DNA of 64,000 nt from contig OY970192.1 in NCBI GenBank assembly GCA_963708135.1, forward strand, positions 4,800,001 through 4,864,000, given 5' to 3'. A program made the position numbers and the translations under genes. The notes beneath the pieces were generated by a model. That model worked only from the letters and a program-made list of their open reading frames with translations, was not told the DNA's origin and ran no database searches. This stretch comes from an uncultured Gemmatimonadales bacterium (lineage in GTDB: Bacteria; Gemmatimonadota; Gemmatimonadetes; Longimicrobiales; RSA9). Positions 60,716 to 64,000 of this stretch are shown piece by piece. Position 1 is the stretch's first letter; the number at the start of each line of letters is the position of its first letter.

Positions 60716-60945
60716 CCGCGAAAAGCCGTGGCGCGGAGCGACGTCACTCTGGCCGCGCAGCGGGTCGTGGTGCCCGCTCTCGCCAGCGAGGAGAAGCGTC
60801 GATCGGGGCGCCCGACTGCCGCCCTTAGCGCGGCAGGGGCGGGGCCTGCATATTGGCATACCCCCTTTTCAGGACTTGTGGAGCGGGAGATCCGCTCATC
60901 GCGGCTCACCCTCGACCGGGAGCGTCCAATGGCGCGGAGTCGGTC

Positions 60946-63630
60946 GTGACCCCTGGCGCGGACCGGCTATCGGCCGCCCTCGCCGACCGCTACCGCATCG
61001 AGCGCGAGCTCGGCGCGGGCGGCATGGCCACGGTCTACCTCGCCGAGGACCTGAGGCATCACCGCCAGGTGGCCATCAAGGTGCTCAAGCCCGAGCTCGC
61101 CGCCGTGCTCGGCGCCGATCGCTTCGTCCAGGAGATCACCACCACCGCCCAGCTGCAGCACCCGCACATCCTGCCGCTCTTCGACTCCGGCACTGCCGAC
61201 GGCTTCCTCTTCTACGTCATGCCCTACGTCGAGGGCGAGACGCTGCGGGACAAGCTGAACCGCGAGACGCAGCTCGGCGTGGACGAAGCCGTGCGGATCA
61301 CGACCGAGGTGGCCGACGCGCTGGACTACGCGCACCGGCACGGCGTGGTGCACCGCGACATCAAGCCGGAGAACATCCTGCTCCACGACGGCCGCCCGAT
61401 GGTGGCGGACTTCGGCATCGCGCTGGCGGTCAGTGCGGCGGCGGGCGGGCGCATGACGGAGACCGGGCTGAGCCTCGGCACGCCGCACTACATGAGTCCC
61501 GAGCAGGCGACGGCGGAGAAGGACCTCACCGGGCGCAGCGACGTCTACTCGCTGGCGAGCGTTCTCTACGAGATGCTGACCGGCGACCCGCCGCACGTCG
61601 GCTCCTCCGCGCAGCAGATCATCATGAAGATCGTGACGGAGGAGGCGGCGCCGGTCACGAAGCTGCGCCGCTCCGTGCCGCCGAACGTGGCGGCGGCGGT
61701 GGCCAAGGCGCTGGAGAAGCTGCCGGCCGACCGGTTCGAGAGCGCGAAGGCCTTCGCGGACGCCTTGAACGATCCTGGTTTCGCGACTCAGGCCACCGCC
61801 GCGCGATCGTTCGCCGCCGTGCCCGCCGGCCGACCGCTCGTCGTGCTCGCCGTGGCCGCCACCGCCGTGGTCGTGGCGCTGGCGGCCGGATGGATGATCG
61901 GCGGGCGCGGTGGCGATCCCGGCAGCGTCGCCCCCTCGGACGTCGTGCACGCCACCCTGGGGCTGGGGGACAGCGTCACCGTCCCCCAGATCCTGACGCT
62001 GCGGCTGGCGATCTCACGATCGGGACGGCGCCTCGCGTTCATCGGCCAGAAGGGCGGCGTCGTGCAGCTATGGGTCCGCGAGCTCGGCGAGGACGCGGCG
62101 CACCCGGTGGCGGGCACCGAGGGGGCCGGCGATCCCTTCTTCTCCCCGGACGGAGAATCGATCGGGTTCTTCACGGGCAGTGGAGCGCGCGCGCAGCTCC
62201 GCGTGGTGCGCTTCAGTGGCGGTGCGGTTCGCACGGTCGTCCAGGATTCGCTCCAGGACTACGGCGGCGGTTCGTGGGGGGACGACGGTCGGATCTACTT
62301 CGTATACGGCGACGGCCTCGCCTCCGTGGGCGCGACGGGGGGGCCTGTGACGAGCATCGCGCGGCCGGACTCGGGATCGGGCGCCTTCCAGTACGGCTTT
62401 CCGGAGGTGCTCCCGGGAAGCCAGAAGGTTCTGATCATGGTCTACCGGGGATCGCTCGGCGCGTCACGGATCGGCGTGGTCGATGTGGCGACGAGGGGCG
62501 TCACCGAGCTCACTCCCGGTACCGTCGCGCGCTACGTGGCGCCGGGATATCTGGCGATCGGGCTGCCCGACGGCCGCATCCTCGCCGCGCGCTTCGACGC
62601 CGCGGCGGCCCGTCTCACGAGCCCCCCGATCCCCGTTCTGCAGGGCGTTCAGACCGATAACACGAACGGCTCGGTGCAGTTCTCGGTGTCGTCAACCGGT
62701 ATCCTGGTCTACGAGCGCCAGTCCGGCGGCATCGGCGGACCCGTCTGGGTGGATCGGGCCGGCGCAATCACGCCGGTGGACACGAACCTGACCGGCGCGT
62801 ACCAGGATCCGGCGCTGTCCCCGGACGGCAGCCAGTTCGTCGTGGTCCGGCAGGAGGCCGGGGCGACGCAGCTGTGGGTGAAGCAGCTCCCGACGGGCGC
62901 CTTCACCCGACTCACCTCGGATCCGGAAAGCGCGGATCGCCCGGAATGGTCGCCGGACGGGCGACGAGTGGCATACCTCGCCACGGTGAACGGGGTGCGC
63001 AGAGCCTTCATCCGACGGGCCGACGGAAGCGGCGACGAGCGTCCTGTCATGCCGAATCTGCCCGAGCTGGACGAAGTCGCGCTAGACCCCCGCGGGCGCT
63101 TTCTGCTCTTCCGTACCTTCGGTGCCGGAATCGACAGCCGCCATCTACTCGTCGCGGAGGCCGGCAGGGACACGGTACCGCGGGTGCTCCTCCCCTCGCG
63201 CCTCGATCACTACGCGATGAGACTCTCACCCGACGGACGCTGGCTCGCGTACGTCTCGGAGGAATCCGGGGTCGCCGAGGTTTATGTCCGCCCCTTCCCC
63301 AACGTCGATTCGGCGCGGATCGCGATATCGGTGGGAGGCGGCGTCGAGCCGCTCTGGGGCCGCGACGGCACCGAGCTCTTCTTCCGCGGCCGGCGCGGCG
63401 AGATGTTCGCGACGCCCGTGACCCTCGGCGCGCGCTTCACGCAGGGGACGCCGACCCTGTTGTTCAGGCTCCCCGGCCTCGTGCAGGATCCCTACCATCG
63501 CGCCTACGACGTGAGCCCGGATGGCACGCGGTTCCTGATGGTTACGAGCGCCGGCGACGACGCGTCCGACCTGAACGTGATCGTCAACTGGCGCGTCGAG
63601 GTCGAGCGGGCGATGGAGAACGGGAAGTGA
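60946..63630 (+). CDS. Ser/Thr kinase, TM helix, PD40/TolB-like beta-propeller
   Basis: GTG 60946 with GGAG SD; complete kinase motifs; SPDG repeats. Confidence 0.93.
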   Translation: MTPGADRLSAALADRYRIERELGAGGMATVYLAEDLRHHRQVAIKVLKPELAAVLGADRFVQEITTTAQLQHPHILPLFDSGTADGFLFYVMPYVEGETLRDKLNRETQLGVDEAVRITTEVADALDYAHRHGVVHRDIKPENILLHDGRPMVADFGIALAVSAAAGGRMTETGLSLGTPHYMSPEQATAEKDLTGRSDVYSLASVLYEMLTGDPPHVGSSAQQIIMKIVTEEAAPVTKLRRSVPPNVAAAVAKALEKLPADRFESAKAFADALNDPGFATQATAARSFAAVPAGRPLVVLAVAATAVVVALAAGWMIGGRGGDPGSVAPSDVVHATLGLGDSVTVPQILTLRLAISRSGRRLAFIGQKGGVVQLWVRELGEDAAHPVAGTEGAGDPFFSPDGESIGFFTGSGARAQLRVVRFSGGAVRTVVQDSLQDYGGGSWGDDGRIYFVYGDGLASVGATGGPVTSIARPDSGSGAFQYGFPEVLPGSQKVLIMVYRGSLGASRIGVVDVATRGVTELTPGTVARYVAPGYLAIGLPDGRILAARFDAAAARLTSPPIPVLQGVQTDNTNGSVQFSVSSTGILVYERQSGGIGGPVWVDRAGAITPVDTNLTGAYQDPALSPDGSQFVVVRQEAGATQLWVKQLPTGAFTRLTSDPESADRPEWSPDGRRVAYLATVNGVRRAFIRRADGSGDERPVMPNLPELDEVALDPRGRFLLFRTFGAGIDSRHLLVAEAGRDTVPRVLLPSRLDHYAMRLSPDGRWLAYVSEESGVAEVYVRPFPNVDSARIAISVGGGVEPLWGRDGTELFFRGRRGEMFATPVTLGARFTQGTPTLLFRLPGLVQDPYHRAYDVSPDGTRFLMVTSAGDDASDLNVIVNWRVEVERAMENGK

Positions 63631-64000
63631 CGGGAGCTCCCCACCGTCTCGCCGCGGCCCTCGCCGACCGTTACCGCATCGAGCGCGAGCTCGGCGCGGG
63701 CGGCATGGCGACGGTCTACCTGGCCGGGGACCTGCGCCACCACCGCGAGGTGGCCATCAAGGTGTTGAAGCCTGAGCTGGCCGCCGTACTGGGTGCCGAC
63801 CGCTTCGTCCAGGAGATCACCACCACCGCGCAGCTCCAGCACCCCCACATCCTCCCCCTCTTCGACTCCGGCACCGCCGACGGCTTCCTCTTCTACGTGA
63901 TGCCATACGTGGAAGGGGAGACACTGCGGGACAGGCTGAACCGGGAGACGCAACTCGGCGTCGAGGAGGCGGTGCGCATCACGCGGGAGGTGGCCGACGC
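63627..64000 (+). CDS. Ser/Thr kinase, 5' part (runs off the window; not in the ORF track)
   Basis: GTGA overlap; VTGAPHRLAAALADRYRIERELGAGGMATVY..VAIK..QEITTTAQLQHPH. Confidence 0.9.
   Translation, partial: MTGAPHRLAAALADRYRIERELGAGGMATVYLAGDLRHHREVAIKVLKPELAAVLGADRFVQEITTTAQLQHPHILPLFDSGTADGFLFYVMPYVEGETLRDRLNRETQLGVEEAVRITREVAD

Noticed and set aside
44688..64000. Integron cassette array
   Set aside because: No integrase or attC-like sites seen; several genes overlap directly

Overview
GC-rich bacterial window; the gene content suggests Gemmatimonadota or a similar lineage (inference only). It holds eight membrane-anchored Hanks-type Ser/Thr kinase genes plus a kinase stub in two clusters (2.1-10.1 kb on -, 44.7-64 kb on +). 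The kinase domains are highly similar, the C-terminal beta-propeller or TPR domains diverge, and several genes overlap by ATGA/GTGA. Toxin-antitoxin modules (two Phd/PIN pairs, one decayed AbiEii-like pair) sit inside the right cluster. The centre carries peptide-utilisation genes (pepT, POT transporter), a DsbA-NhaA fusion, an OmpA lipoprotein, two-component genes, an intact IS4-family element with a 9-bp target duplication, a KaiC-like ATPase operon, an L,D-transpeptidase, and a ClpN-GntR fusion with twin operators. The main non-coding signals are (1) a four-helix-bundle (IVS/Avd-like) gene enclosed by two mutually inverted arrays of 14-bp tandem repeats, able to form one long periodic hairpin, and (2) a c-di-GMP-I (GEMM)-like riboswitch variant upstream of an unknown lipoprotein. 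Many short spliced gene remnants and single frameshifts indicate genome decay and/or assembly error. No rRNA, tRNA or CRISPR array was seen. Family assignments come from motif recognition by eye, not database searches.
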